Assembly (NCBI RefSeq): GCF_000372725.1
Contig: NW_005202303.1
Coordinates: 248,001-312,000 of the forward strand
Source of the DNA: Emiliania huxleyi CCMP1516
Taxonomy: Eukaryota
Direction of reading: 5' to 3'
Length of the DNA stretch: 64,000 nt
Translations under genes and position numbers: made by a program
Part shown: positions 11,922 to 23,156 of the stretch, one piece after another
How positions within the stretch are numbered: the stretch's first letter is position 1
Layout of the letters: the number at the start of each line of letters is the position of its first letter
Notes under the pieces: generated by a model
Seen by the model: only the letters and a program-made list of their open reading frames with translations
Database searches by the model: none
What the model was told of the DNA's origin: nothing

Positions 11922-12761
11922 GCAGCGCCGGGCGACGACGGCTTACCGCCTCCCGGTCCCCCTCGGCACACCTCCGCTGCTTAATGTTTGGCAACTCGAA
12001 CCCGTGAAGCTTCCCGGTGCGGCGGAGACGGGCGCCTAAGGTTGGGACGATTTGTTCCGCGTAGTAAGGACGCGAGGCATGTGGTCCGAGCCACCGCCGC
12101 CACTGCGCACCGCGGATACGACTGCGTAGCCGCTGCCGAGCAACTCTGCGAGCACTGACGCAACAAGCCGCTCGCCGTTATCGCCACCGCCAAAGTGGTC
12201 AACTATGTCCGCGGGCAGGTCGCGCGGGTTACCCCGCACACGGGTCAGCCTGCCAGCCACGTATCCACGCAAGCGTGGTCCGCGCGCATGGCATACAGGC
12301 GTTCGCGCGCACCGCCGCCTCCGTCACCGCCGCGTACGGCGCGTCCGCAGCCACGCCCGCCGCTAGGCCCGCCGTCGCCTACGCCCACACCGTGATCGCA
12401 AAGCCTGCGGGTTGAAGCCAAGCCAGCCCGCCCGCCGCGCACCGCCGCCTCCGTCACCGCTGCGTACAGCGCGTCCACAGCCACGCCCGCCGTCGCATAC
12501 GCCCGCACTGGTAGTCTGGAGCCACAGACCGTACATGGACGTGCCACATACCTCGCGATTGAGGTTTGCGCGGTGAGTTGCCAGTTGTCAATTCACTAGC
12601 CGGGTCGAGCGGGCTGTCGCCATTGTGCGGGTGGTGCTGGCCTGTTTTGCGCATGACGATTGCGTGGTAGATGGATGTGATCAGTCGCTGGACATGCATT
12701 GGCAGGCGGAATCGCGGAATGCTGACTGATCCTTCAACACTCAGCTAATCAATCGAATAGC

Positions 12762-13685
12762 CTACAACGCGCCTCCCAGCACAGGCAGCGGCACTCTGTC
12801 GTGGAGGTACGACTCGTCGTCCATCGGCCGCACCTCGGTGCGGCAGCCCGCCGCCCGCAGTCCATCTTTGATCGCACCTTTGAGCACCGAGGCGGTTGTT
12901 TGAGCGTTCAAGATCGTGTCGAGGTGCAGCCGCTGGTTGCTGTGCAGCCGCAGCGGAGCCAATTTGGGGTGCCACTCGACACTGATCCAGTCGACTACTC
13001 TGCAGAGATTTCCAGATGCCACGACTTGAGGCACCACTGCAAACTCCAAACCCTCGATGTCCATCTTGACGATCACGCGCCCACGGGGATGGATGGACGG
13101 CATCGCTCGGCGGGAGATCTGAGAAAGAATCTCGTCAAAGGAGACCGACGGCACGCGCACTATCAGGTTCTGCCCCGTGCGGTTGCTCGCCCCCCGGAAG
13201 GCTTCGTTGAAGTTCGTCACGCCGAAGCCCCAGTATTCATTGTCTTTGCCGTTGTCTTCGAAATCTCCATTCTCGTGGAAGACCAGCTCCTCCGACGCCG
13301 TTCCCAGCGCCATGGGGAAGAACGTGTACCTCCAGCCCATCCGAGCATACACGCGCTGCATCTTTTCGTGGCGCGCCTTGTGTATCGGATTGGGCTCAAA
13401 GCCGAGCGAGCAAGTGAGGTTTCTGTCTACACCAAAGACGCGATCGAAGACGGCAACAAACTTGGAGTCGTTGTAAAATGCCGGCTCAAAGAGGAATCGC
13501 GTGTGAACACCTATGCTGGCACCGGCGTCAACGAAAACGTTCACACAGCCATCAACGGCGTTCTTCACGCGCTCGGTGACGTAATGGCCATGCAGGGATG
13601 TGTGCGAGGGAGGAGGAGGTGGTGGCGAGGTCGGAGGCGGCGGCCGCAGCAGCGGCTCAACGACGGTTGGTGCGAGCGTGTTCAT
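12762..13685 (-). CDS. FkbM-like SAM-dependent methyltransferase, intronless
   Basis: VFVDAGASIG (SAM motif), GFEPNP, VIVKMDIEGLEF, ISVEWH. Confidence 0.75.
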   Translation of the reverse strand: MNTLAPTVVEPLLRPPPPTSPPPPPPSHTSLHGHYVTERVKNAVDGCVNVFVDAGASIGVHTRFLFEPAFYNDSKFVAVFDRVFGVDRNLTCSLGFEPNPIHKARHEKMQRVYARMGWRYTFFPMALGTASEELVFHENGDFEDNGKDNEYWGFGVTNFNEAFRGASNRTGQNLIVRVPSVSFDEILSQISRRAMPSIHPRGRVIVKMDIEGLEFAVVPQVVASGNLCRVVDWISVEWHPKLAPLRLHSNQRLHLDTILNAQTTASVLKGAIKDGLRAAGCRTEVRPMDDESYLHDRVPLPVLGGAL

Positions 13686-14265
13686 ATTCGGCTCCCTATT
13701 TGAGGCACGAGCCCCGGCGGCGCGCGTGTGTGAGAAGTTAAAATCGGTTCTGCTGCTAATACAAAACGAAAACACAAAAAAGAAAATTGTTACCGGAACA
13801 TTCCAGGAACGTGCTCGTGCCGTGTACTCGGGAGAGGCTAGGTAGCTGCTCTGGCTCCAAGCGATACGAGTCCACCTTACAGTGAGTGCACGCGGCCGGG
13901 GTATAGTGAGGTGGCTTGAGCTCTGTCTGTCAAGGGCACGACCTACTTCCGGTTCGATGGCGCCTAATAATGAAGATGGCGGCCGGCTCTACGCCGGTGT
14001 GCAAGCCGCTATGCATTATTGCATTTTTCGAATGCATTTTCCCCCGGTGGTAAAGAGCCGTATCTGGTATGTGCATGGCTGTGGCCTGTGCGCACCCTCC
14101 CCCGCCCCACTGTGTGTACAGCCTCGAGGGGTAGCAGAGTACTACGCGTTCGCGTACTGTACTGACGTAGGAAGGACGGTGGTACGAGGCAGCGACTAGA
14201 TATGGAGAGTACTCCCTGCGAATTACACTTCACACACTGTAGGTCGACAGAGGGCGATCAGCTCT

Positions 14266-15372
14266 CTAATGCTGGTGACGCTGATCGGCCGCGGCGGAGA
14301 AGGGGAGCTCCGAGTGACACGACGACGACCGCGAGAGAGACATTCGGCGGCGCGACGGGCCGGCGGCGTCCTTGGTGTCGGAGAGGCCCGAGAGGAGCCC
14401 CCACGCGGCAAGAGGCGGCATCCTGCGCAGGAGGGTGCCCACGAACGGCACCAGGAAAGCGGACGCGCACGCGGCCGCGAAGGGCAGCGGCGCGTCGCAC
14501 ACGGCGGTGGCGATGGGGATGGGCAAGTAGGCGCTCGACCTACACAGGGGAAGGTGCCCGGTCAGGGGTGTCCGGGCAGGCTCCGGCCTGGCTCCGAGGA
14601 GGCGGTGGGCGGCTCGACCTCGCCGCCGCGGGGAGGACGAACGCGCCTCCGAGGGCCGCGCCTGAGAGGGTGGTTCCGCGAAGGTCCCGAAGAGGGTCGG
14701 AGGACCTTGCTAGGGCTCCTTTGCGGCCCGCGCGCCGCAGAGAGCTGCCGCGCGGACGTAGCCATCGCGCGCCATGTACGGGTAGCACGCCTGTGCAGGC
14801 ACGCCAAGGAGGTGTCTAGGACGTGTCGTGGACGCGGCTGCTCGGCCGCCAAGTACGGGCGTGCTGTGCGCCTCGACAAAGTCGCCAAACCAGATGTTGA
14901 TGGCGAGCGCGCGGCGGCACGCGGAGCCCTCCTCGGCGCTCGTCGGTCGCGCGGCGACGGCGGCGCACACGCCCGCACACGCACAGCAGAGGCACGAGGC
15001 GTCGAGCGCGCCTAGGGTCAGGATCGGGGATCGGGATAGGATTGGGGTTGAGGTTGGGGTTGGGGCAGGAGGAGGATTGGAGTTGGGGCAAGGGTTAGGC
15101 CCGGCGGGGTCGAGCCTGCTCACAGCGTTTCCTCTTACTTCTTCACAGCCGTTCTTCTGCTCGAGGCACGCGGCGTCGAGCGCGCCGAGGACGGAGAAGG
15201 CGCCGCCCTCCATCTCGAGGAGGATGAGCGGGAGGACCTGCCGCCGCGGGTGATCTCGGGTGATCTCGGGTGATCTCGGTGTATCTCGAGGAGGAGGAGC
15301 GGGGGGACCGCGGCGTGGTAGTAGCCGAGGAGGGGCGAGAGCACGGCACCTAGGGTCAGGGTCAGGGTCAGG

Positions 15373-15405
<33 letters not shown>

Positions 15406-15408
15406 GGG

Positions 15409-15458
<50 letters not shown>

Positions 15459-17339
15459 CAGGAGGTCAGGGGTCGGGGTCAGGGTCAGGGTGAGGGCTTG
15501 GGTGAGGAGCGGCGAGAGCACGACACCGGCCCCGCCGCCCGACCACAGCTGCGCAGGGAGGGCGAGGAGGGCGAGGAGCGAGCGGGTCGCTGCGGCGAAC
15601 GCGGGCGAGAGCAGCAGCGCGGCCACGCCCCCTGCGCACGCCGAGCCGCAAACCGTGTAGAGGGTCGCTGCGGTGGCGGGCAGGCCCAAGTGCAGCGCGT
15701 GCGGCAGCGTGCGGCGGCAAGCGAGGCCGGCGAGGCTGGCCGCCAGCAGCGAGGCGGCGAGGGAGGGGACGGCGGCGTTGGCGAGGGCGGCGGCGAGCAG
15801 CCCTGCCATGGCGCCCGTGCCGTCGGTGCCGCCCTCCTCCCCGTCGAGAGACGCGGCGCGGCGGCCGGCGTGGACACCGGCCGCGGCACCGTTTACCCTC
15901 GTCGCGGCGGCGGCAGCGAGAGGCAGCAGCGCGCGAAGGCCGTCGATGCGGCCGTGCAGCGGCGGCGGCAGAGGCAAGACGGTGGCGGCAGAGGCGGCGG
16001 CCACACAGAGACTGAGCGAGAGAGTGACAGGGAGAGTGGCGTCGAGGACAGGGCCGAGGCCGAGCTGCGGCGGCGGCAGCTGGACAGAGTAGGGCAGCCG
16101 CCAGTGCGCCGCGAGAGCGGCGGCCGCCGCGACGGCGCGGGAGCGCGGCGTAGTGCCGACCGACCCCCCCGCCTCCAAGACAGAGACCCCCATCCTCGCC
16201 GCCTCGCCGAGCGAGCTGCCGCCTGTGCCGACCACGGGCAGGCCCGCCGCCGCGGCGGCGAGCAGCGACGCGCGGTTGGTGCTGCCTAGGCGACGGCTCC
16301 GAGGCAAGGTCCGAGAAGGCTCCCGACAGTAGCGAGGAGCGGTTGGTCGATGCCGGCGTCCGCAGACACGAGGACGAGCGCGTCGATGTCTCCGCGCGCA
16401 ATCACGCCGGCCAGCCGCTCGTCCGCCTTTCGCGCGAGCCGGTTCACAGCGTGCAGCTCGCCTCGCATCCGAATCTGAGGGATCGGACAGCCGCCAGCAG
16501 CAGAAGCAGCCGCAGCCGCCGCCGCCGCCGCCGCCGCGTCTCGTGACGAGAGTCGTCCTCCCTCCCTCCTGCTGACGGCGGCCCGCCCCGAGGCGGCAGG
16601 CGCCGCGTCCGGGAAGCACCACAGCGAGGCGGTCGCGTGCCTGCAGGAGGGTAAGGGAGGAGTGGCAAAGGAGGATGCTAATAATTAGATGCCACAGAGC
16701 GGCGGTCGCGCGCCCTGGAGCGCCGTCCAGCGGCGACTCGCAGCCCACAAACACGAGGAAAGAGAGGTCGATGGCGCCGGAGCCTCGGCCGCCAGCCCCG
16801 CCTGCGCAGCCGCAGCCCTCGTCCGCATACGAGTCGACCTCGTGTGCGCGGCCAATGCCAGCGAGCTGTGCGGCGAGGGCGGAGACGGCCGTCTGCACGC
16901 TGCCTCGCTGCGTCGAGCCGCCGCTCGAGCCGACAAGCGCAACCCGCCTCTCGGGCGGCAGCGGAGTCGAGCGAGGCCGGCCGGGGAGTCCGTCTGGGTC
17001 GAGCATGGTGGCTGGGGCGGCGGTGGGAGCGGGATCGCCACGGCGGGTGCCCGGGATCGGGTCGGCGTCGTGGTGCGATGCAAACGGCGAAAGCGGCCGC
17101 GGCTGAGGAGGCCGCTTTGGCGGCGGAGGTTGCAGCGACGGCACGGTGGCGGCATCCTGGCCGCCAGGGTAGCGTTGAGCGTGATGGCGCTGCTGAAGCC
17201 GCTGTCGTTCGTCGGGCCGCCGCCGCCTTGCCTCGGCGGCATTATTCGCCTTAGCCTCGCCATCGGTCGCGTCCTCGCTGGAGCTGCTGCGGCCCGACGG
17301 CTCGTCGTCGTCCGAGTTGGCGTCCGAATTCCAGTTCAT
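14266..17339 (-). CDS. Multi-pass membrane protein resembling bacterial 'PTS sugar transporter'/EIIC-like permeases (multi-exon; start 17339 or 17005)
   Basis: VALVGSSGG, IDALVLVSAD, PVVGTGGSSL, GSVGTTPRSRAV, YYHAAVLPLILLEME, LGALD, INIWFGDFVEACYPYM, SAYLPIP after removing introns; similarity recalled from Firmicutes proteins. Confidence 0.65.
15350..15500. repeat. Telomere-like (GGGTGA/GGGTCA)n array inside an intron
   Basis: About 24 hexamer units; a more degenerate array lies at 15012-15100. Confidence 0.9.
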
Positions 17340-18053
17340 GTCCGAACGGAAGCCTTTCCATCTCTCACACTATCCCAGTGGCGATCTCTCTCCACTAGCG
17401 ACTATCGTCCGGATTCTTTTTGGGGCCCTGTTAAAGGCCCTGTTTCTTTTTTTATTGTTTGTTGTTGTCAAATCAAGGCACATTACTCACGCGAGAGAGG
17501 CCGTTAAGTTTTTTCTCTTTTTGGCCAAGTGTTTCTGTTATTTCTTAATTCCTTTTCCTTTCGCACACCGTCTCTTTTCCTTTCCTTTCCTGGGAGTTGG
17601 ATCGACAAGTCGTATCCAGCTTAGGCTGAATATACTTTTCCTCTCGCAGCCCGTCGCTTTTCCTTTCCTTTGGCTCAGACCTTGTGCAGGCCACCCCTAG
17701 GTAGGGAGGGAGGGAGGGAGGGGCACCGCAGGGAGGACCGGTCAGGTTTTTGCAGAATTTCAGTACCCAACGCGGCCAAAGGATATCCACCTCGAGAACC
17801 TCGAGAGATGAGAGAGAGATTTTTAGCAATACCAAACAAATCTAACACTCACACGTCATTTGTCGAGAGATGAGGGCTGGGGCAAAAATAAACGCAATAT
17901 AAAAAATAAACGCCCGCCTTGTTCTTCTGATTGACGATTCGCAATATTTCTCGCCCCTCCACACAATATTGGGTGTTCATAATCTTTTTTTAGCTCCAAG
18001 CGGCGACGCGAGTGGCGACGACAGCGCGCACGACAGCAGTGGCGACAGCAGGT

Positions 18054-19716
18054 ATGTCTTCTGCTCCTCCTCCAAAGACGCCGGAAAAGGCCGCGCCTGC
18101 CCAACCGCGCAAGAAGAGGCCCGCAGACGCGGGCGCTGGAGGAGCCGAGCGGCAGCTCATGAAGCCAAAGTTGTCCTTCGCGGAGGCGTTCAAGGTGACG
18201 CCAAGGCCAGACCAGCTCTGCGGCGTGACCGACGACGAGCTGCAGCGCAGCGCCGACCACCCGCCGGCGCTGCCCTTGCCCCGCCTCGAAGACCCGCGCG
18301 GGCTCGCCACGCCGAGTGCAGCGCTCGAGCTGCTTCAGCAGGCGGTGCAGCCCTCGCCGACCGTTGACGACTTCTCTGCCTTCATCGACATGCAGCGGCT
18401 CGCCTCGCAGCTCGAGCCGGGAGCACCCGAGGGCGGCGGCGCGGCCCTCGATGTGTCCCAGCTCGATTGGCTCAAGGCGCAGAGCGACCCGCTGCTGCTC
18501 CGCGGCGCGGCGGTGCCGCTCAACAAGCCGCTGCCAGACATTTCCGCCAGCGTCGGATTGGGTGGGCACACGCTCCGCGCTACGGTGGTGCGCACCAGCA
18601 GCCGAGGCAAGACCTCAATCCAGCTCCGCTTCGAGGACGGGCCGGTGCCCGCCAAGAAGAAGGCGACACTGCCGCAGCTCCTCGGGATGGTGGGCGAGAT
18701 CGGCCCCAAGCTCTCCTCCGCTCAGCGGCAGTCGCTGTGGGCCGACCACGACCCGTTCGCGAGCGCGGACGCGCAGGCCGCCTTCCTCTCCGCGATCCTC
18801 GAGAAGCGGTTCGACGACGGGACGGCGCGGCAGCAGGCGGCGGCGGACACGCAGCGCGCGGACGGCAAGACGCACAAGGCGGGCGTCTACGTGGCGACGC
18901 TCAACGCGGCGTTGGCAACGCGGCACGGCTTGCCGCGGCACTACGTCGGCTTGTTTTGCCGCAAGGCGCTGATGCTCGGCCGCAACGGTTGGGTCGAGCT
19001 GCCGATCGAGGTCCTCTTCTCGCAGCGCCGCGACGAGCACCTCCAGGCCGCCGAGCGCACGCTGCAGGAGATCTCCTTCCAGGTGGCGCTCCACAGGTTC
19101 GGCGCAGACAGCTTCGACTGGCGCATCGTGCTCAAGGACGGCGACGTGCCGGTCAGCCACACGGCGCTGCTCGACGCGCCGGCCGTCCAGGGCGACGGCG
19201 AGCTCGCTCGACCCGAGGACCTGCGCCCATGGGCGGGCCAGCAAGAGCGGGCGAGAGAAAGCTCGCCGCGCATCCCGCCCCTCTCCTCCCTTGCATTCGC
19301 GAGATCTCACCACATAGGCGATCGTCGAGGCTGCGGGCGGCCCCTACCCCGAGACCTGGAACCTCACGCGCGGCGGCGAGGGCAGCGGCGCGGCGTGCGA
19401 CTCGTCCGGCACCTTGCTCGCGTCGGCGGCGGGCTTCTCGTGGCTGCTTGTGCTTTGGAGCTGCTGCATGGACAAGCCGGAGCTGCACCGGGAAGACGCC
19501 GTCTTCGCAGGCGTCAAGGTGGGCTCGCTGTGGCACAGCGTCCGCAGCATGGGCATCTTCGTCAAGGGCTACCCCGACCGCATCCTCGCCCTGACCGAGC
19601 GCGGGTTCGTGTGGGACGTGCACGAGGTGGCCGCCAACAAGTTCCTGCAGAGCCTCGCGGCGCACATCCGCGAGCGCAAGCAGGCGCGCCGCCCCAACCC
19701 CGCCACACTTAAATAA
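18054..19716 (+). CDS. GIY-YIG endonuclease-like protein with C-terminal helicase-associated (HA)-like domain; one GC-AG intron 19251-19317
   Basis: GVYVAT...HYVG, RRDEH, ALHRFGADSFDWRIV, QQE, WNLTRGGEG; then KVGSLWHSVR...DRILALTERGFVWD; phase-0 intron joins ORFs 18012 and 19414; N-terminal PRKKRP basic patch. Confidence 0.7.
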
Positions 19717-20452
19717 TAGCACATGCACATGGCGACCCCAGAGATGGGTAACATGCTGCACCTCGCCAACCTCCGCCCCACTCTGGTAGGCGGGCTCGTG
19801 GAACGGTGTGCCCGCCTTCGAGGGGTGGAGCCTTGTCAAACACAGCGGGCGTTTTGTCAGCCGCCGGCCCGCGCTCGCCACCGCCATCATCGAGATGGGC
19901 GTCGAGCGCGGCGAATGGTGCAAGTGGGTGGGGCTCGGCTTCTGAGAAGCGGGAGGCGCCCGCGGGAGGCGCCCGCTTGCCGCCGCTGGTCAATTTCACA
20001 TAAACAACACCGCATGAGGCAGGTAGGTTGCCTAATATAGGGCACCTGTGGAGCGACCGTCACGGCGAACGTAGGTCGAGAAAAGGCGTTTGGCGTTGTT
20101 TCTTTTTTTGCCCCCAGCGCGAGATGAGCACAAAAGAAGACGGTAGACGCGTCTCGGGGACCCGCTGCTTAACGGGGAGCTGTGCCCGTATGCGGTGACG
20201 CGGTATTTACTTCTCAATAACAAGAGATTTTTGCATTTGGGGAAAACCAAGCCACGGCGATCCGGTTGACGGAACTGTAAGTTCTAGCTACTTGGGGCTT
20301 TCAGACGTCTACGTGCTTGCGTCCCAGAGTGCCCTCGCGCAGAACCAACGCAGCTTTCAAAACGTAGCTTACTAGGTCTAGGAAGGAGGACCGAACTCGG
20401 CCGTCCGCCCGATCAGCCACGGCATTTGCGCGGCGCTGTACGCGTGCTGCCA

Positions 20453-20890
20453 ATGACAGCCACGAAGCCGTACGTGCTCTTCTTTGTGCACCCGCAGAGC
20501 ATGTCCTCTATCGCAGATGCGATTGCCGACGCATGCTTGCCGGATGGATGGCGTCTGGCTGGGAAGCTGAGCCAGCAGAGCCATGGACGTTCGCCGCATC
20601 GGGACGCGATTGCACGCAGTATGACTGCGAGAGTCGCGAGGCTGTTGCAATTGGTCCCTGCTGGTGCCTTGCTGGTGGTGAGATGGATGCGACTCGACGT
20701 CCCATGGAGTTGGATGGATGAGCTGCTCGGTTACAGCGTCTACGCAACCAACCAATTCTCCTCCGGCATGGGCATCAGAGAGTCCAGTGCACTGCTCGTC
20801 GACTGGACAGGCGTCGACAGCGACGCCAACTCGCCAGAGACGGATGTGTGGGCCGAGGTGTGCGCTCGTCGCATTTGGAGTCCAGCCTGA
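20453..20890 (+). CDS. Hypothetical protein
   Basis: Intronless ORF with normal amino-acid complexity; no recognised motif. Confidence 0.3.
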   Translation: MTATKPYVLFFVHPQSMSSIADAIADACLPDGWRLAGKLSQQSHGRSPHRDAIARSMTARVARLLQLVPAGALLVVRWMRLDVPWSWMDELLGYSVYATNQFSSGMGIRESSALLVDWTGVDSDANSPETDVWAEVCARRIWSPA

Positions 20891-21183
20891 AGACCTGTGC
20901 CTTGGCGACGTTCTGTGTCTCAGCCGCCTGCGCCGACGTGGTCAATTGCTAGGGGTTGAATCGCCTCGACCGGCACCGGCGCCGGGTGCATCGTTTGCAG
21001 TGATCGGCAGTGGCCCTTGTCGCGAGGACGGCATTCAAGCCAACAGCAAGACCGGCGCAACGCGAACAGCGATTTTAAAGGTGGATCAGACGGAGGCCAC
21101 CTGGCGTCGTATTATATTGTTGTATCTGTGTCCGGCGTCATTCCCTGAGCAGAGTCCCTAAATTCCGGTGTTTTTCATATTTC

Positions 21184-22435
21184 TCATCCTACTGTACTAC
21201 TAGTACCCTCACCACCACGCGTCTCAGCCCGCAAGTTGGCGGACCACGCGGCTCCTACGCGCGCGCCGCAGCTGGGGCAGACTGGATCGTCCCCTCGGAA
21301 CTTTTCAGCTGCAGCCGCACTCAGTTCCGTTTCGCGCGCCACTTCTTTGAATATGTCTGCTGCCTGGTGCCGGTCCGAGATGGCGACCGCCATCGCAGCG
21401 TTGCGTGCGTCCGATGCGGCAGCTGCAGCCTTGCTCGCCGCAACCCTCGCCCGCTCCCTCGCCTCCCGCACCTGCGTGCCGAGTGCTCGCGGATAGCAAA
21501 CGTTGCACACCCAATGCATACCTGCATCCGCGGGAGGCGCGCGCGTGAGTCACGCCCGGTGGCAACCACCCTGACAAGCAGGGCTCCGCGGAGGCGCAAG
21601 GTCGCAAGGGATTGGGGGTTGAGGCTCTCGCACATGGTGCCAGACTGTACCACCTCTCCCGCCGTCCGGCGACGAGAAGAAAGTGTTCGTGGCAGCCCTC
21701 GTAGCGGGCGCAGCAGTCGTACGCGCCCAGCGCCTGGTTGGAAATGTCCGGCACCCACCCGCTGCGTATCATGCCATTTAGGAGTAGACTGAGCACGCGC
21801 TTGATGCACCACGGCGCCGAGTACTGCTCGCCGGATCTCTCACCGTTAAGGTCCCTGTTTGCACAGCTGCGTCAGTGAGTAGCGATCGCGCATGTGCTGG
21901 GACGCGGTCACCGCGCGCACCACGCCCAGCACTGCTCCACTTCCAGGCTGTGCAGCTTTGAGGCCACGCTGCACAAAAGCTCCAACCCTGTAGTCAGGAG
22001 GAGCTCCACGAACCGAGCGGAAGCCGCTCGTCGTTCTGGCGGCAGGTCCTTGCACTGGTCGTCCACAAAGTGGAGCGCGAGCGCCCGTGCGTTGTGGTCG
22101 AGCTCCGTGCTCAGCTCTTCCCACGCCTGGCGGTGTTGCGGGCCGCCACATCCCCTGCCAATCGTATGGCAGTAACTCCTCTTCCCGGGCCAGCGCTGCA
22201 TCCTCATCTGTGCCCTCGTCGGGATGGTCTCCGAGCTCGCCAGGAGAGCGGGCTCCGGCTGCAGCTCCTCGAACGAGGGAAGGGAGTCGCGGGCCCAGAT
22301 CTGCATGACGTTCCCCACGACGACAAAGAATTTTAGAAGCCGACCCGCCGCGGCGAATTCCAGTTCGAGCGGAATCACGTCTGGTGTCCGACGAGTCACG
22401 CCTGCGAATCGAATCACGTCTTGTCCTACGAGCAA
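21184..22435 (-). pseudogene. Degenerate Cys-rich (RING-like) coding relic
   Basis: Three consecutive frame-shifted ORFs of protein-like composition ending in HWVCNVC...CPSC. Confidence 0.35.
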
Positions 22436-22665
22436 GAGAGCGATCGAATAGAAGAAAGTTTGCAGCGAGCTCTAGGACTGGCGCGCACTGGCACTAACAC
22501 AGGTACACCAAATAGAAGAAGATAAATTGCGGGGGACATGCCAGAGGGGCCGCACCTTGAGCACTTGAGCACTGGATGGATAGGGTCGATTCCGCATGGA
22601 CCATGTCTGTGCGCTTGCCCTCTCTCTCTCTGTGCGGCTGCTAGCAGTCCTTGGATCTTTGGTAC

Positions 22666-22988
22666 GATTGTGAGCGCAGCCGCTCGCAATCCTAGATAGA
22701 AGTTCTAGGATTGCGAGCGCTACTGCTCGCAATCGGAGGCATGTTGCTAGGATTATGAGCTAAGCTGCTCGCAACCCTAGACTTTGCTCGGATTGCGAGC
22801 GCGATGGTAGTAGTCGTAGCACGTAGGCGTCACCAGTCACCTTGGGAGCGGAGCTGCTCTTAGTCCTAGAAGATGTAGGATTGCGAGCGTAGGCGCTCAC
22901 AATCGCACAGAGATGCTACGATTGCGAGGAGTGCTGCTCACAATCCTTCGACTTCTAGGATTGAGAGCGAGGCTGCTCTCAATCCTAG
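22666..22988. repeat. Array of ~8 palindromic units GATTGCGAGC-N6-GCTCGCAATC, period ~39-43 bp
   Basis: Units start at 22666, 22709, 22751, 22791 (half), ~22841 (degenerate), 22879, 22920, 22959; arms often extend to CTAG...CTAG. Confidence 0.9.
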
Positions 22989-23156
22989 CGGTCTAAAAAG
23001 AAGCTTAAAAGAAGGTTACCCGCACTGGCACCCCCGCGCGTCCTCATCGTCGTCGTCGTCGTCGTCCTCCTCCTCCTTCCTCCTCCTCGCCGTCGTCCTC
23101 GTCGCCCTCCTCGTCTGAGGTCCTCACGTCAGCTCCCTCCTTCCCTGATATGGCAG

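Noticed and set aside
11981..12700. Protein-coding gene with ~60-bp internal duplication (12308/12437)
   Set aside because: Frames are interrupted and no family could be recognised.
22666..22945. lac operator / vector contamination (ATTGTGAGCG, GCTCACAAT half-sites)
   Set aside because: Half-site spacing differs from lacO, units are degenerate and no other vector sequence is present.
22666..22988. CRISPR array
   Set aside because: Linkers are only ~13-17 bp, the repeat cores vary, there are no cas genes and the context is eukaryotic.
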